Assembly: GCA_019752575.1 (NCBI GenBank)
Contig: JAIELW010000013.1
Span: forward strand, 82,573-146,572
DNA: 64,000 bases
Direction of reading: 5' to 3'
DNA from: Xanthobacteraceae bacterium
GTDB taxonomy: Bacteria > Pseudomonadota > Alphaproteobacteria > Rhizobiales > Xanthobacteraceae
Positions 50,391 through 60,800 of this stretch are shown here, piece by piece. Each line of letters begins with the position of its first letter. Position 1 is the first letter of the stretch. Below the pieces are notes generated by a model. The model saw nothing but the letters and a program-made list of their open reading frames with translations, was not told where the DNA came from and did no database searches. A program made the position numbers and the translations under genes.

Positions 50391-50584
50391 CAGAAGTCGC
50401 TGGCGATGCCTTTTTTCTCCCAGTCACCGTAACGCGAGGGCTCCTTCTCGCGCTTCACGCCCTTCTCCGGCGCAAGCTTGGCAGCCGCCGCATCGATCTC
50501 CTTGCGGCGCGCCTCGGCTTCGGCGAGTGCGCGTTTGGCCGCTTCGGAAAGCCGCTTTTTCTCAGGCATCTTTCTCTGGAACAT
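50390..50584 (-). CDS. DUF1674 domain-containing protein (SDHAF4-like)
   Basis: 64-aa Lys/Glu/Ala-rich protein ending [13 protein letters not shown], the DUF1674 signature. ATGA overlap with the downstream extensin-family gene. Confidence 0.8.
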   Translation of the reverse strand: MFQRKMPEKKRLSEAAKRALAEAEARRKEIDAAAAKLAPEKGVKREKEPSRYGDWEKKGIASDF

Positions 50585-50624
50585 CCCCCGCCTCTGCGCG
50601 TCAAGTCATCCAGCAGAACCGCCA

Positions 50625-50653
50625 CTTGCGGAGGAGGTTCCGGCACCCCATTG
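50625..50653 (+). promoter_or_regulatory. candidate RpoH (sigma32)-type heat-shock promoter of htpX
   Basis: CTTGCGG, a 14-nt spacer, then CCCCATTG. Compare the sigma32 consensus CTTGAAA-N13/14-CCCCATNT. It lies about 55 nt upstream of the htpX ATG. Confidence 0.5.
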
Positions 50654-50706
50654 TTTTTGTCGGGCGAAGGTGGCGCAAAGAGAGCGCCGGAAAGGGAATC
50701 CTTCAC

Positions 50707-51630
50707 ATGAACTACATGAAAACCGCGATTCTGCTGGCAGGCATGACCGCGCTCTTCATGGGCATCGGTGCGCTGATCGGCGGCCAACAGGGCATGCTGA
50801 TCGCGCTCGTGTTCGCCGCCGGTATGAACCTCTTCAGCTACTGGAATTCCGACAAGATGGTCTTGTCCATGCACGGCGCGCAGCAGGCCGACGAGCAGAC
50901 CGCGCCGGAGCTTTTCCAGGTTGTGCGCGAGCTTTCGAGCCGCGCTGGCCTGCCGATGCCGAAGGTCTATCTCATGGACAACCCGCAGCCGAACGCGTTC
51001 GCGACTGGCCGCAACCCGGAGAACGCGGCGGTCGCCGCGACCACCGGCCTCTTGCAGATGTTGAACAAGGACGAGATCGCAGGCGTGATGGCGCACGAGC
51101 TCGCGCATATCAAGAACCGCGATACGCTGATCATGACGGTCACCGCGACCTTCGCGGGCGCGATTTCGATGGTCACGAACTTCGGCATGCTGTTCGGCGG
51201 CAACCGCAACAACAACGGCATCGGCATGATCGGTACGATCGCGATGATGATTCTGGCGCCGCTCGCCGCCATGATCGTGCAGATGGCAATCTCGCGCACG
51301 CGCGAATACGCCGCCGACCGCATGGGCGCGGAAATTTCCGGCCAGCCGATGGCGCTGGCGAGCGCGCTCAACAAGATTTCCGGTGCCGCGCATGCGATCC
51401 CGAACGAGGATGCCGAGCGCAACCCCGCGACCGCGCACATGTTCATCATCAACCCGCTCTCGGGCGAGCGCATGGACAATCTGTTCTCGACACACCCGGC
51501 GGTCGAGAATCGCATTGCGCAGTTGCAACAGATCGCAGGCGAAATGGGCGCGACGACGCGCATGTCTTCCGCTCCGCGCGTCGGGAGTGTAACAGGACCG
51601 AAAGCGCGTCCGCGCGGTCCGTGGGGCTGA
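50707..51630 (+). CDS. htpX: zinc metalloprotease HtpX
   Basis: 307 aa from ATG 50707 ([19 protein letters not shown]) with the [10 protein letters not shown] motif. Confidence 0.95.
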   Translation: MNYMKTAILLAGMTALFMGIGALIGGQQGMLIALVFAAGMNLFSYWNSDKMVLSMHGAQQADEQTAPELFQVVRELSSRAGLPMPKVYLMDNPQPNAFATGRNPENAAVAATTGLLQMLNKDEIAGVMAHELAHIKNRDTLIMTVTATFAGAISMVTNFGMLFGGNRNNNGIGMIGTIAMMILAPLAAMIVQMAISRTREYAADRMGAEISGQPMALASALNKISGAAHAIPNEDAERNPATAHMFIINPLSGERMDNLFSTHPAVENRIAQLQQIAGEMGATTRMSSAPRVGSVTGPKARPRGPWG

Positions 51631-51644
51631 TAGAATTCAGGTTG

Positions 51645-52979
51645 ATGGCAAAGCGCCAACACAAAGCCAATAAAGAAGAAGCGCCGGGCCTCACCGCCCG
51701 GCGCTTTGCTGCGGATGCGCTGCTCGCAATCCTGCATACGCGCCGCGCGCTCGAAGACGTGTTCGAGCACGGCGAAACCGGCGCGCAATTTCGTGCGCTG
51801 GACGAGCGCGATCGCGCGCTTTCGCGCATGATCGTCGCGACCGCGCTCCGGCGTGCGGGCAGTCTGCAAGCCGTGCTCGAGAATTTTTTGCAGGAAGGCT
51901 GGCCGGAAGACGTTCGCGTGCATGCGATCCTGCTTTCCGGCGCGGCGCAGATTTTGCTCCTGGAAGTCGCCAATCACGCCGCGGTCGATCTCTCCGTCGA
52001 TCTCGCGAACGAAATCCGGAACAAGCGTTTTGCCGGGTTGGTCAACGCGGTGTTGCGCAAGACCGTCTCGGAAGGCCGCGCGATTCTCGATTCCCTGCCG
52101 CCGGAGACCGACACCGCCGAGTGGATGCGCGCGCGCTGGCGCGAAACCTATGGCGAGGAAACGCTGCGCGCGATTTGCCTTGCACATCGCATCGAACCCG
52201 CGCTCGACATTACGCCGAAGAACGATCCTTCAGCGCTCGCGGCAAAGCTCGAAGGCATCGTTCTTCCTACCGGCAGCGTTCGCGTAACCGGTAAGGGCGC
52301 GATCATGCACCTCCCCGGCTATGACGAAGGCGAATGGTGGGTGCAGGACGCCGCCGCATCGATCCCCGCGCGCCTGCTCGGCGACATCAAAGGCAAGCGC
52401 GTCGCCGACCTCTGCGCGGCCCCCGGCGGCAAGACGCTGCAACTCGCAAATGCGGGTGCGCATGTCGTCGCGGTCGATCGCTCCGCGTCGCGCCTGAAGC
52501 GTCTTCAGCAAAATCTCGATCGTACAAAGCTGAAAGCCGAAGTAATCGCCGCAGACGCCGCAATCTGGGAAGCCGGACCCTTCGACGCAGTCCTGCTCGA
52601 CGCGCCGTGCTCGGCCACAGGCACCATTCGCCGCCATCCCGACATTCTTTGGCAGAAGCAGCCGGAGGACCTCGCGCAGGTGTCGAAGCTCCAGACGCGC
52701 CTCCTCGACAACGCCGCAAAACTGCTGAAGCCCGGCGGGGTACTCGTTTATTCCACCTGTTCGCTCGAGCCCGAAGAAGGCGAGTTGCAGATCGATGCGC
52801 TGCTTTCGCGAAACGAAACGCTGGAGCGCGTCGCCATCCGCCCCGAGGAAGCAGGTGATTCGCACGCCGTCACGGCATTGGGCGAACTCCGCACTCTGCC
52901 CTTCCACTTTCCGCACGGCGACCCGCGCCTCGCCGGTTGCGACGGCTTCTTCGCGAGCCGCCTGCGCCGGAAATCTTGA
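51645..52979 (+). CDS. rsmB: RsmB/NOP family 16S rRNA (cytosine-C5)-methyltransferase
   Basis: 444 aa from ATG 51645 (MAKRQHKANKEEAPGLTARRFA). NusB-like N-terminal domain, SAM motif DLCAAPGGKT and catalytic TCS (LVYSTCSLEPEE). The tracked 833-aa ORF is a 5' extension over htpX in another frame. Confidence 0.9.
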   Translation: MAKRQHKANKEEAPGLTARRFAADALLAILHTRRALEDVFEHGETGAQFRALDERDRALSRMIVATALRRAGSLQAVLENFLQEGWPEDVRVHAILLSGAAQILLLEVANHAAVDLSVDLANEIRNKRFAGLVNAVLRKTVSEGRAILDSLPPETDTAEWMRARWRETYGEETLRAICLAHRIEPALDITPKNDPSALAAKLEGIVLPTGSVRVTGKGAIMHLPGYDEGEWWVQDAAASIPARLLGDIKGKRVADLCAAPGGKTLQLANAGAHVVAVDRSASRLKRLQQNLDRTKLKAEVIAADAAIWEAGPFDAVLLDAPCSATGTIRRHPDILWQKQPEDLAQVSKLQTRLLDNAAKLLKPGGVLVYSTCSLEPEEGELQIDALLSRNETLERVAIRPEEAGDSHAVTALGELRTLPFHFPHGDPRLAGCDGFFASRLRRKS

Positions 52980-53086
52980 TCGCTGCCAAGTAGACAGGAT
53001 TCCCGGCTTGGCTATGTTGGCTAGGGGACTCGGGGAGTTGCGGAGCCGGCCACGCGAGCCGGCAAAATGGAAGGCACTAACATCCG

Positions 53087-54808
53087 ATGGCGGAGCGAAG
53101 GCGGCCTGCGCTGGGTGGTGGCGGTTGGCGAGGCTGGTGGACGCGGATTGCCGCGAACCCCGCCTATCGCTGGCGTTTACGAGTGCCGATTCCGGATCGC
53201 CTGCTGATCGCCCCCCAGGATCTGCGCACGGGCGACCCGACCATCGCGACCGAAATCTATGGCGGCGTCTTCAGCTTTGCGGGAAAAGCCGTCACCGCCG
53301 AAGGCCGCTCACCTTTCGAGGTCAGATCGCCTTCGCGCGAATGGTCGGAAGTGCTGCTCGGCTTCAGCTGGTTGCGCCACTTGCGCTCAGCCGGTCATGC
53401 GCTGTCGCGCAAGAATGCGCGCGCGCTTGTCGCCGACTGGATTTCGCAGCACGGCGGCTCGCATCCGGTTTCGTGGGAGCCGGAAATTACCGCGCGCCGT
53501 GTGATCTCGTGGCTCACGCATTCTCCACTCATTCTGCAGGACGCCGATCACGGTTTCTATCGCGCCTATCTTCGCTCGCTCTCGCGGCAGGTGCGCTTCC
53601 TGCGCCGCGTCTACCCGGTCACCGAAGACGGCTATCCGCGCCTGTTGGTCGCAACAGCGCTTACTTTCGCGGGCCTCTGCATGGCAGGCGAGCAGCGCCT
53701 TTTGCAGCAATCCGCGAAGCGGCTCATCCACGAATTGCGGCAGCAGATTCTTCCGGACGGCGGTCACGTCAGCCGCAATCCCGGCACGCTGATCGAAATC
53801 CTGATCGACCTCCTCCCGCTCCGGCAGACCTTCGACGCGCGCAATGTGCAGGCGCCTACCATTCTCTCAGCCTCGATCGAACGCATGATTCCGATGCTGC
53901 GATTTTTCCGCCTCAGCGACGGCACGATTGCGCAGTTCAACGGCATGGGCGCGACGCCGACCGACTTGCTCGCCGCTGTGCTGGCTTACGACGACGCCCG
54001 CGCGGCCCCGCTCTTCGACGCGCATTATTCCGGTTATCAGCGGCTGGAGTCCGGAGGCAGCGTAGTCGTCGCCGACACGGGTGGCGCACCGCCCGCGCCG
54101 CTCAGCTATGACACACATGCCGGCTGTCTTTCTTTCGAGTTTTCGGTGAAGCGCCACCGCATCGTCATCAATTGCGGGATGCCAGCGCAAAACCGTCAGG
54201 GCTGGAGCGAGGCGGCGCGCGCAACCGCCGCGCATTCCACGGTTACCTGGCACGACACGTCATCCTGCCGCTTCAAGCCGTCACGCGACGGCGCGGTGCT
54301 CGTCTCGGAGGGTCCGCGCGACGTGCAGATCGCGCGCGCGGGACGCGAGGAAGCGGTGATCGTCCGCGCATCGCATGACGGCTATGTGCGCCCATTCGGT
54401 ATTATTCACCAGCGCTCTTGGCGCCTTTCGCCTGAAGGTGACCGCCTCGACGGCGAGGATATTTTTTCGACCCCTTCAGGCCGCGAGATTCCTCCGGGCA
54501 CGGACGATGATTATGTGATCCGCTTTCACCTTCATCCCGCTGTGAAGGCGAGCCGCGTGAACGACGGCCGCACCGTACTCCTGATCCTGCCGGGCCGCGA
54601 TAGCTGGCTGTTCACCGCGCCGAACATGCATGTGGAGCTTGAGGAAAGCATTTTCCTTTCTGCAAGCGAGGGTCCGCGCCGCACCAGCCAGATCTTGATC
54701 GCCGACAACGCGCGGACGTTTTCGCGCGTGGTCTGGACCTTTGCCCGCGCCGATGCGCCGGGCCAACCGCGCCGGGAAACCAGCGCAGATCCGCGTCTTC
54801 CGATTTAG
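53087..54808 (+). CDS. heparinase II/III family protein (uncharacterised alphaproteobacterial subgroup)
   Basis: 573-aa ORF. The N-terminal region ...LLIAPQDLRTGDPTIATEIYGGVFSFAGK... and the length are typical of the heparinase II/III-like proteins found next to purH in alphaproteobacteria. Confidence 0.75.
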   Translation: MAERRRPALGGGGWRGWWTRIAANPAYRWRLRVPIPDRLLIAPQDLRTGDPTIATEIYGGVFSFAGKAVTAEGRSPFEVRSPSREWSEVLLGFSWLRHLRSAGHALSRKNARALVADWISQHGGSHPVSWEPEITARRVISWLTHSPLILQDADHGFYRAYLRSLSRQVRFLRRVYPVTEDGYPRLLVATALTFAGLCMAGEQRLLQQSAKRLIHELRQQILPDGGHVSRNPGTLIEILIDLLPLRQTFDARNVQAPTILSASIERMIPMLRFFRLSDGTIAQFNGMGATPTDLLAAVLAYDDARAAPLFDAHYSGYQRLESGGSVVVADTGGAPPAPLSYDTHAGCLSFEFSVKRHRIVINCGMPAQNRQGWSEAARATAAHSTVTWHDTSSCRFKPSRDGAVLVSEGPRDVQIARAGREEAVIVRASHDGYVRPFGIIHQRSWRLSPEGDRLDGEDIFSTPSGREIPPGTDDDYVIRFHLHPAVKASRVNDGRTVLLILPGRDSWLFTAPNMHVELEESIFLSASEGPRRTSQILIADNARTFSRVVWTFARADAPGQPRRETSADPRLPI

Positions 54809-54876
54809 CCGAAGGTTGTGCTGGATAAGGCGCCCTCGCGCTTTTTCCGCAATTCTTGCCGTGCTATCGGCCTCTC

Positions 54877-56466
54877 ATGCCTGACCAGATCCGAGCAATC
54901 CGCCGCGCTTTATTGTCCGTCTCCGACAAAAGCGGCCTCGTCGAATTCGCCCGCGCGCTGGCAAAGCACGGCGCCGAACTCGTTTCGACCGGCGGCACCA
55001 AGCGCACGCTCGCCGAAGCCGGCCTTAAAGTCGCGGATGTCTCCGATCTCACCGGATTTCCGGAAATGATGGACGGCCGCGTGAAGACGCTGCATCCGAA
55101 TGTGCATGGCGGCATTCTCGCGATCCGCGATAACGCAGATCACGCGGCCTCGATGAAGGCGCATGCGATCGCGCCGATCGATCTCGTCGTCGTCAATCTT
55201 TATCCCTTCGAGGAAACCGTCGCGAAGGGTGCTAGCTACGACGACTGCATCGAGAACATCGACATCGGCGGCCCCGCGATGGTCCGCGCCGCCGCGAAGA
55301 ACCACGGCGATGTCGCGATCGTCGTCGATCCCGCGGACTACGAAGAACTGCGGCGCGAAATTGCCGAACATGGCGGCACCACGCTCGCCTTGAGAAAACG
55401 CCTTGCTGCGAAAGCTTATGCGCGCACGGCGTCTTACGATGCCGCGATTTCGAACTGGTTCGCGAACGAACTGAAAGACGACGCGCCCACCTGGCGCAGC
55501 TTCGGCGGCAAGCTCGTGGAAAAACTTCGCTACGGCGAGAACCCGCACCAGATTGCAGCGTCCTACAAAGGCGGCGAGCCGCGCGCGGGTGTGCTTTCCG
55601 CGCGCCAGTTGCAGGGCAAAGAACTCTCCTACAACAATTTGAACGACACCGACGCCGCCTACGAATGTGTCGCCGAATTCGATTCGAAGCGCTCGGCCGC
55701 GGTCGTGATCGTGAAGCACGCCAATCCCTGCGGCGTCGCGGAAGGCGAAACGCTCCTCGACGCCTACCAGAAAGCGCTCGCCTGTGATCCGGTCTCCGCG
55801 TTCGGCGGCATCATCGCAACCAACCGGCCGCTCGGCGCTGATGCTGCGAAGGCGATTGTCGAGATCTTCACCGAAGTGATCATCGCGCCGGGCGCGAGCG
55901 ACGAAGCGATCAGGATCGTCGGCGCGAAGAAAAATCTGCGTCTGCTGCTCACCGACGCGCTGCCCGACCCGCGCGCGAAGGGCCTCGCCTTCAAGTCGAT
56001 CGCGGGCGGTCTCCTCGTGCAATCGCGCGACAATGCGATCGCTGACGATCTCGACCTGAAGGTCGTGACCAAGCGCGCGCCGACCAAGGTCGAACTCGAC
56101 GATCTGCGCTTTGCTTTCCGGGTCGCGAAGCACGTGAAATCGAACACGATCATCTATGCGAAAGACCGCGCCACGGTCGGCATCGGTGCCGGCCAGATGA
56201 GCCGCGTCGACTCCGCGCGTATCGCTGCGCGCAAGGCGGAAGATGCAGCGAAGACCGCAGGCTATGATACGCCGCTCACCAAAGGTTCGGTCGTGGCGAG
56301 CGACGCCTTCTTCCCGTTTGCAGATGGCTTGCTGTCAGCGATCGAAGCCGGCGCGACTGCCGTCATTCAGCCCGGCGGCTCCATCCGCGACGATGAAGTA
56401 ATCGCGGCCGCTGACAAGGCCGGCATCGCCATGGTCTTCACCGGCGTGCGGCATTTCCGGCACTAG
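54877..56466 (+). CDS. purH: bifunctional AICAR formyltransferase / IMP cyclohydrolase
   Basis: 529 aa from ATG 54877 ([26 protein letters not shown]), with full-length PurH similarity. Confidence 0.96.
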   Translation: MPDQIRAIRRALLSVSDKSGLVEFARALAKHGAELVSTGGTKRTLAEAGLKVADVSDLTGFPEMMDGRVKTLHPNVHGGILAIRDNADHAASMKAHAIAPIDLVVVNLYPFEETVAKGASYDDCIENIDIGGPAMVRAAAKNHGDVAIVVDPADYEELRREIAEHGGTTLALRKRLAAKAYARTASYDAAISNWFANELKDDAPTWRSFGGKLVEKLRYGENPHQIAASYKGGEPRAGVLSARQLQGKELSYNNLNDTDAAYECVAEFDSKRSAAVVIVKHANPCGVAEGETLLDAYQKALACDPVSAFGGIIATNRPLGADAAKAIVEIFTEVIIAPGASDEAIRIVGAKKNLRLLLTDALPDPRAKGLAFKSIAGGLLVQSRDNAIADDLDLKVVTKRAPTKVELDDLRFAFRVAKHVKSNTIIYAKDRATVGIGAGQMSRVDSARIAARKAEDAAKTAGYDTPLTKGSVVASDAFFPFADGLLSAIEAGATAVIQPGGSIRDDEVIAAADKAGIAMVFTGVRHFRH

Positions 56467-57827
56467 TTTCGCCGCGCCGTATCCACACGCAAGAGCAGCA
56501 ACCCGCCGGCGATAAAGAACAGCACGAGCACCGACACGCCGGCCTTCTGGTTCAGCGTGAGCGCGGTCACGGTCGCGACCAGAAACGGTCCCATGAACGA
56601 GGTCAGTTTTCCGGAAAGCGCGAACAGGCCGAAAAATTGCGCGAGCTGCTCTTTCGGAGCCAAGCGGACGAGCAGCGCGCGCGACGCCGCCTGCAACGGC
56701 CCCGCCGCCAGCCCGATGAACAGCCCGATCGCAACATAGAGTTTCTCTGAAGCGCTCGAAAACAATCCGGCATGCGGGTCGGCTGGTGTTACCGGAAAGA
56801 AGAAGAAAATCCGGTCGCGATCCATCGACAGGATCGCGATGCAGGAAAGAAACAGGAGTACGAGCGAACCGAGAATGACCGGCTTCGCTCCGAATTTGTC
56901 GTCGAGCCTTCCGCCGGCCAGCGCGCCGATGGTACCCGTAATCGTCAGCAGAATTCCGAATACACCAAGCTGGATCGCGCCCCAGCCGAACGTGCCGGCT
57001 GCGTAAATACCGCCGAATGCAAACATCGCGACCAATCCGTCGGCATAGATCATGTTCGCGAGCAGGAACGTCGCGATGTTCTTGTGTTTCCGCGCTTCGC
57101 GAAGCGTGGCGAAAGTCGTTCTGACCCCGCTTTTGATCGCGGGTCCGAGCTTGAGCGCCTTCGAGTTGTCGGGCGTGAGCAGAAACAGCGGCAGCACGAA
57201 GACGACGAACCATATCGCGGTGAGCGGGCCGATAAAGCGGTCGCCCTCGCGCGCGGCCGCGTCCAGCCCGAAAGCCGGCGGCGTGCCGATCAGCGTCAGT
57301 CCGGTTTTGGGATTGGTGGAGAGAAACAGAAGCGCGACGACGAGCGAAACGAGTCCGCCGAGATAGCCGGTCGCCCAGCCGAGGCCCGAGAGCCAGCCGA
57401 TTTTGTTCGGCGGCACCAGCGACGGCATCATTGCGTTGTTGAACACGGTCGCGAATTCCATGCCGATGGTCAGCACCGTGAAGGACACGAGCACGACCAT
57501 GATAGTGCTCTGGTCGCCGGGCTTGCCGAACCAGAGTCCGATCGATCCCAGAATCAGAAGCACGCCGAAAGCGGCTATCCACGGCTTGCGCGTGCCGGTT
57601 GCGTCCGCGACTGCACCAACAAACGGCGACGTGAGCGCAATCACGATACCCGCTGCCGCTGCGGCGAAGCCCCAAAGCGCCTGCCCTTCGGCCGGACTGC
57701 TCGCGACCGCGGACGCAAAATAGGGCGCGTAGATGAACGTGGTAACGAGCGTTGCAACCGGCTGACAGGCCCAGTCGAACAAAATCCAACCGAAGATCGC
57801 CCAGCGCGGTGCTTGCGTCATGCTCAA
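56463..57827 (-). CDS. MFS transporter (UMF1 / Atg22-like family)
   Basis: 454-aa twelve-TM ORF with the N-terminus [29 protein letters not shown] typical of UMF1. It lies 11 nt downstream of the gdh stop. Confidence 0.85.
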   Translation of the reverse strand: MSMTQAPRWAIFGWILFDWACQPVATLVTTFIYAPYFASAVASSPAEGQALWGFAAAAAGIVIALTSPFVGAVADATGTRKPWIAAFGVLLILGSIGLWFGKPGDQSTIMVVLVSFTVLTIGMEFATVFNNAMMPSLVPPNKIGWLSGLGWATGYLGGLVSLVVALLFLSTNPKTGLTLIGTPPAFGLDAAAREGDRFIGPLTAIWFVVFVLPLFLLTPDNSKALKLGPAIKSGVRTTFATLREARKHKNIATFLLANMIYADGLVAMFAFGGIYAAGTFGWGAIQLGVFGILLTITGTIGALAGGRLDDKFGAKPVILGSLVLLFLSCIAILSMDRDRIFFFFPVTPADPHAGLFSSASEKLYVAIGLFIGLAAGPLQAASRALLVRLAPKEQLAQFFGLFALSGKLTSFMGPFLVATVTALTLNQKAGVSVLVLFFIAGGLLLLRVDTARRN

Positions 57828-57838
57828 AAGAAAATGTC

Positions 57839-60800
57839 CTATGAAGCCAGTTCGCCGATCAAATTCGCGGCCACCGCGAGCTTCGACAATGTAAGTCCCG
57901 ATTCCGCAATTTCCTGCACGCCGCGCCGTGCGCGGTCAACGTTGCCCTTGTGCTTCGCGACCCAGGCTTCGATCGCCGCAGGCCCGCTCTTTCCGGTTTG
58001 CAACGCGCTCGCCACGATGCGGCGCTGGCTCGCGGAAATACGCACAAGCGCAAGATCGAAGGCGAGCCGGTCGAAATGATCGGCAAGCTTAATGCTGCCG
58101 CCCGCCGCCAGCACACGATCGAGCTGGAAGTAATCTTCAGCCGCGAAGTAAGTTTCCGCGACGGCGAGCGTCTGCTGCCCGCTCTCTCCCGCGATCAGAA
58201 CGATGTCGCTTGCGGCGGCGAGCTCCGGCAGGAGCGCGATCTTTGCGGCCAGTCGGCCGGGCACTTGTTTCGACGCGATTTCGTCCGCGCGCATCAGCAG
58301 TTGTGCGGCACGATCGGGCGGCAGAAGCGCGGCGACGTTCTGCTCGATCGCGTCGATGCCCTCACGATAATGCGAAACCGTCTGCGCAAGCCCGGCTGAA
58401 AAATCGGCATTGCGGACGAACCAGACCACGCGGTCGAGCAGAAGCTTCTTCACGCTGTCGTAAAGCGCGAGTTGAACGGTTCCCGAGATTTTTGCATCGA
58501 GTGCGTCGATCTCGCGATTGATCTCGACCATGCGATAACTGTCACGCACAGCGGCATAGGCTTTCGCGATTGCCGCCGCCGAGGCGCTGGTTTCTTCGGA
58601 AACGCGCACGACGAAGGCGGGGCCGCCGCGGTTGATCATCGAATTGCCGAGGCGGGTCGTGATGATCTCGCGCCGCAGCCGATGCATCTTGACCGCATCG
58701 GGAAAGCGCTCCGGCACCTCTTCCGGAAAATAGCGCAGTAATTCTTCCTCGAAATACGGATCGTCCGGCACATCGGACGCGATCAGATCGTCGAACAAGG
58801 TGAGTTTCGCATAGGCGAGCATTACCGCAAGCTCTGGCCGCGCCAGTCCCTGCCCTTTCGCCTGCCGCTCGGCGAGCGTCATGTCGGAAGGCAGATATTC
58901 GACGCCGCGATCGAGCAAGCCGCGCCGTTCGAGATTGCGCATCAACTGCATCTCGAAGCCGAGATCGTTGACGCCTTCGTGTTCGACAAGCGAAAGTGCG
59001 AGCGTCTGCAGGTAATTATTACGCAGTACAAGTGCTGCGACATCGGGCGTCATCTCCGCGAGCAACTGGTTGCGCGCTTCGAGCGAAAGCTTGCCCGCAC
59101 GTACCGGCATCGAGAGCGCAATCTTCAAGTTCACTTCGACGTCCGAAGAATTCACGCCCGCTGAGTTGTCGATGGCGTCGGTATTGAGCCGCACGCCGCG
59201 CTGCGCCGCCTCGATACGCCCGCGCTGCGTCATGCCGAGATTTGCGCCCTCGCCCACGACTTTCGCGCCGACCTCGCCGCCGGTGATGCGAATCGCGTCG
59301 TTCGCGCGATCTCCCGCCATCGCATCGCTCTCTGATGATGCGCGAACGTAAGTACCGATGCCGCCGAACCACAAGAGATCGACCGGACTTTTGAGAATTG
59401 CGTTCATCACTTCGGCGGGTGTCGCGTCTTTCTTCGGAAGCGACAGCAGCCCCTGCATCTCAGGCGAGAGCGGAATGCTCTTCGCGCCGCGCGGGAAGAT
59501 GCCGCCGCCCTGCGAGAGCAGCGACTTGTCGTAGTCCTGCCAGGACGAGCGCGGCAGCTCGAACATGCGCTTGCGCTCGGCAAAGCTCCTCTCGGCATCG
59601 GGTGACGGATCGATGAAGATGTCGCGGTGATCGAACGCGGCAACAAGCTTGATCGTGTTCTCGAGCAACATGCCGTTGCCGAACACATCGCCGGACATAT
59701 CGCCGACGCCTGCGACGGTGAACGGCGTCTTCGAGATATCGACATCCATTTCGCGGAAGTGCCGCTTCACCGCTTCCCACGCGCCGCGCGCGGTGATGCC
59801 CATCTTCTTGTGGTCGTAACCGGCCGAGCCGCCGCTCGCGAAAGCATCGCCGAGCCAGAAGCCGTGTTCGATCGCAAGTCCATTTGCAGTATCGGAGAAC
59901 GTCGCCGTTCCCTTGTCGGCGGCGACAACAAGATAAGGATCGTCTTGATCGCGCCGTACCGTATTTTCCGGCGGCACCACTTCGCCTTCCGGCGAAAGAT
60001 TGTCGGTGATCTCAAGCAGAGAGCGGATAAATATTTTATAGGACTCGGTGCCTTCGGCCATCGCCACGTCGCGCGAAGCTCCTACCGGCATCTGCTTCGG
60101 CACGAAACCGCCTTTCGCGCCGACCGGGACGATCACCGCGTTCTTCACCTGCTGCGCTTTGACGAGACCCAGGACTTCGGTGCGGAAATCCTGCGGCCGG
60201 TCGGACCAGCGGATGCCGCCGCGGGCAACCTTGCCGAATCTCAGATGCACGCCCTCGACGCGCGGCGAATAGACGAAAATCTCGAATAGCGGCCGCGGCA
60301 GCGGCAGATTGTCGATCTTCTTGCTTTCGAATTTGATCGCAATCGTCGGCCGCGGGCCGCCGTCCTTTGCGATCTGGTAAAAATTCGTGCGAACCGCGGA
60401 CGAAATGAGATTGGCGAAGCGCCGCAGAATACGGTCCTCGTCGAGGCTTTGCACTTCTGACAGCGCGCCTTCGATCTTCGCGCGAAGTTCGTTCTCTTTC
60501 GTCGCGTGAAGGTCCGCACTCTCGCGCGGATCGAACCGGGCATGAAAAAGCGCGACCAGGTCGCATGCGATTCCTGCATGCTTGTTCGCGGTCTGCCACA
60601 GATAATCCTGGCTGTAGGGTATCGCAGCCTGACGCAGGTAGCGTGCCAGCGTGCGCACAAGCGTCACATCGCGCCATGGCATTCCGGCGTTCAGCACGAG
60701 TGCGTTGAACCCGTCGTTCTCCGCGCGTGCCTGCAACACGGCCATCATCGCGGCCTCTAACCGCGCGTCCAGTATCTCCGCTTCGATCTCACGCCCATCG

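Noticed and set aside
54809-54876. Searched upstream of purH, and of the yggT-yggU-folD operon at 35188-35335, for a ZTP (pfl) riboswitch.
   Set aside because: No GGGUCGUGACUGGCG / CCGCCUGGGCA-like pseudoknot elements are present. The spacers are short and unstructured.
56479-56487. GTATCCACA, an 8/9 match to the DnaA box.
   Set aside because: It is a single isolated site inside the MFS transporter coding region, with no cluster, no AT-rich unwinding element and no origin-linked genes.
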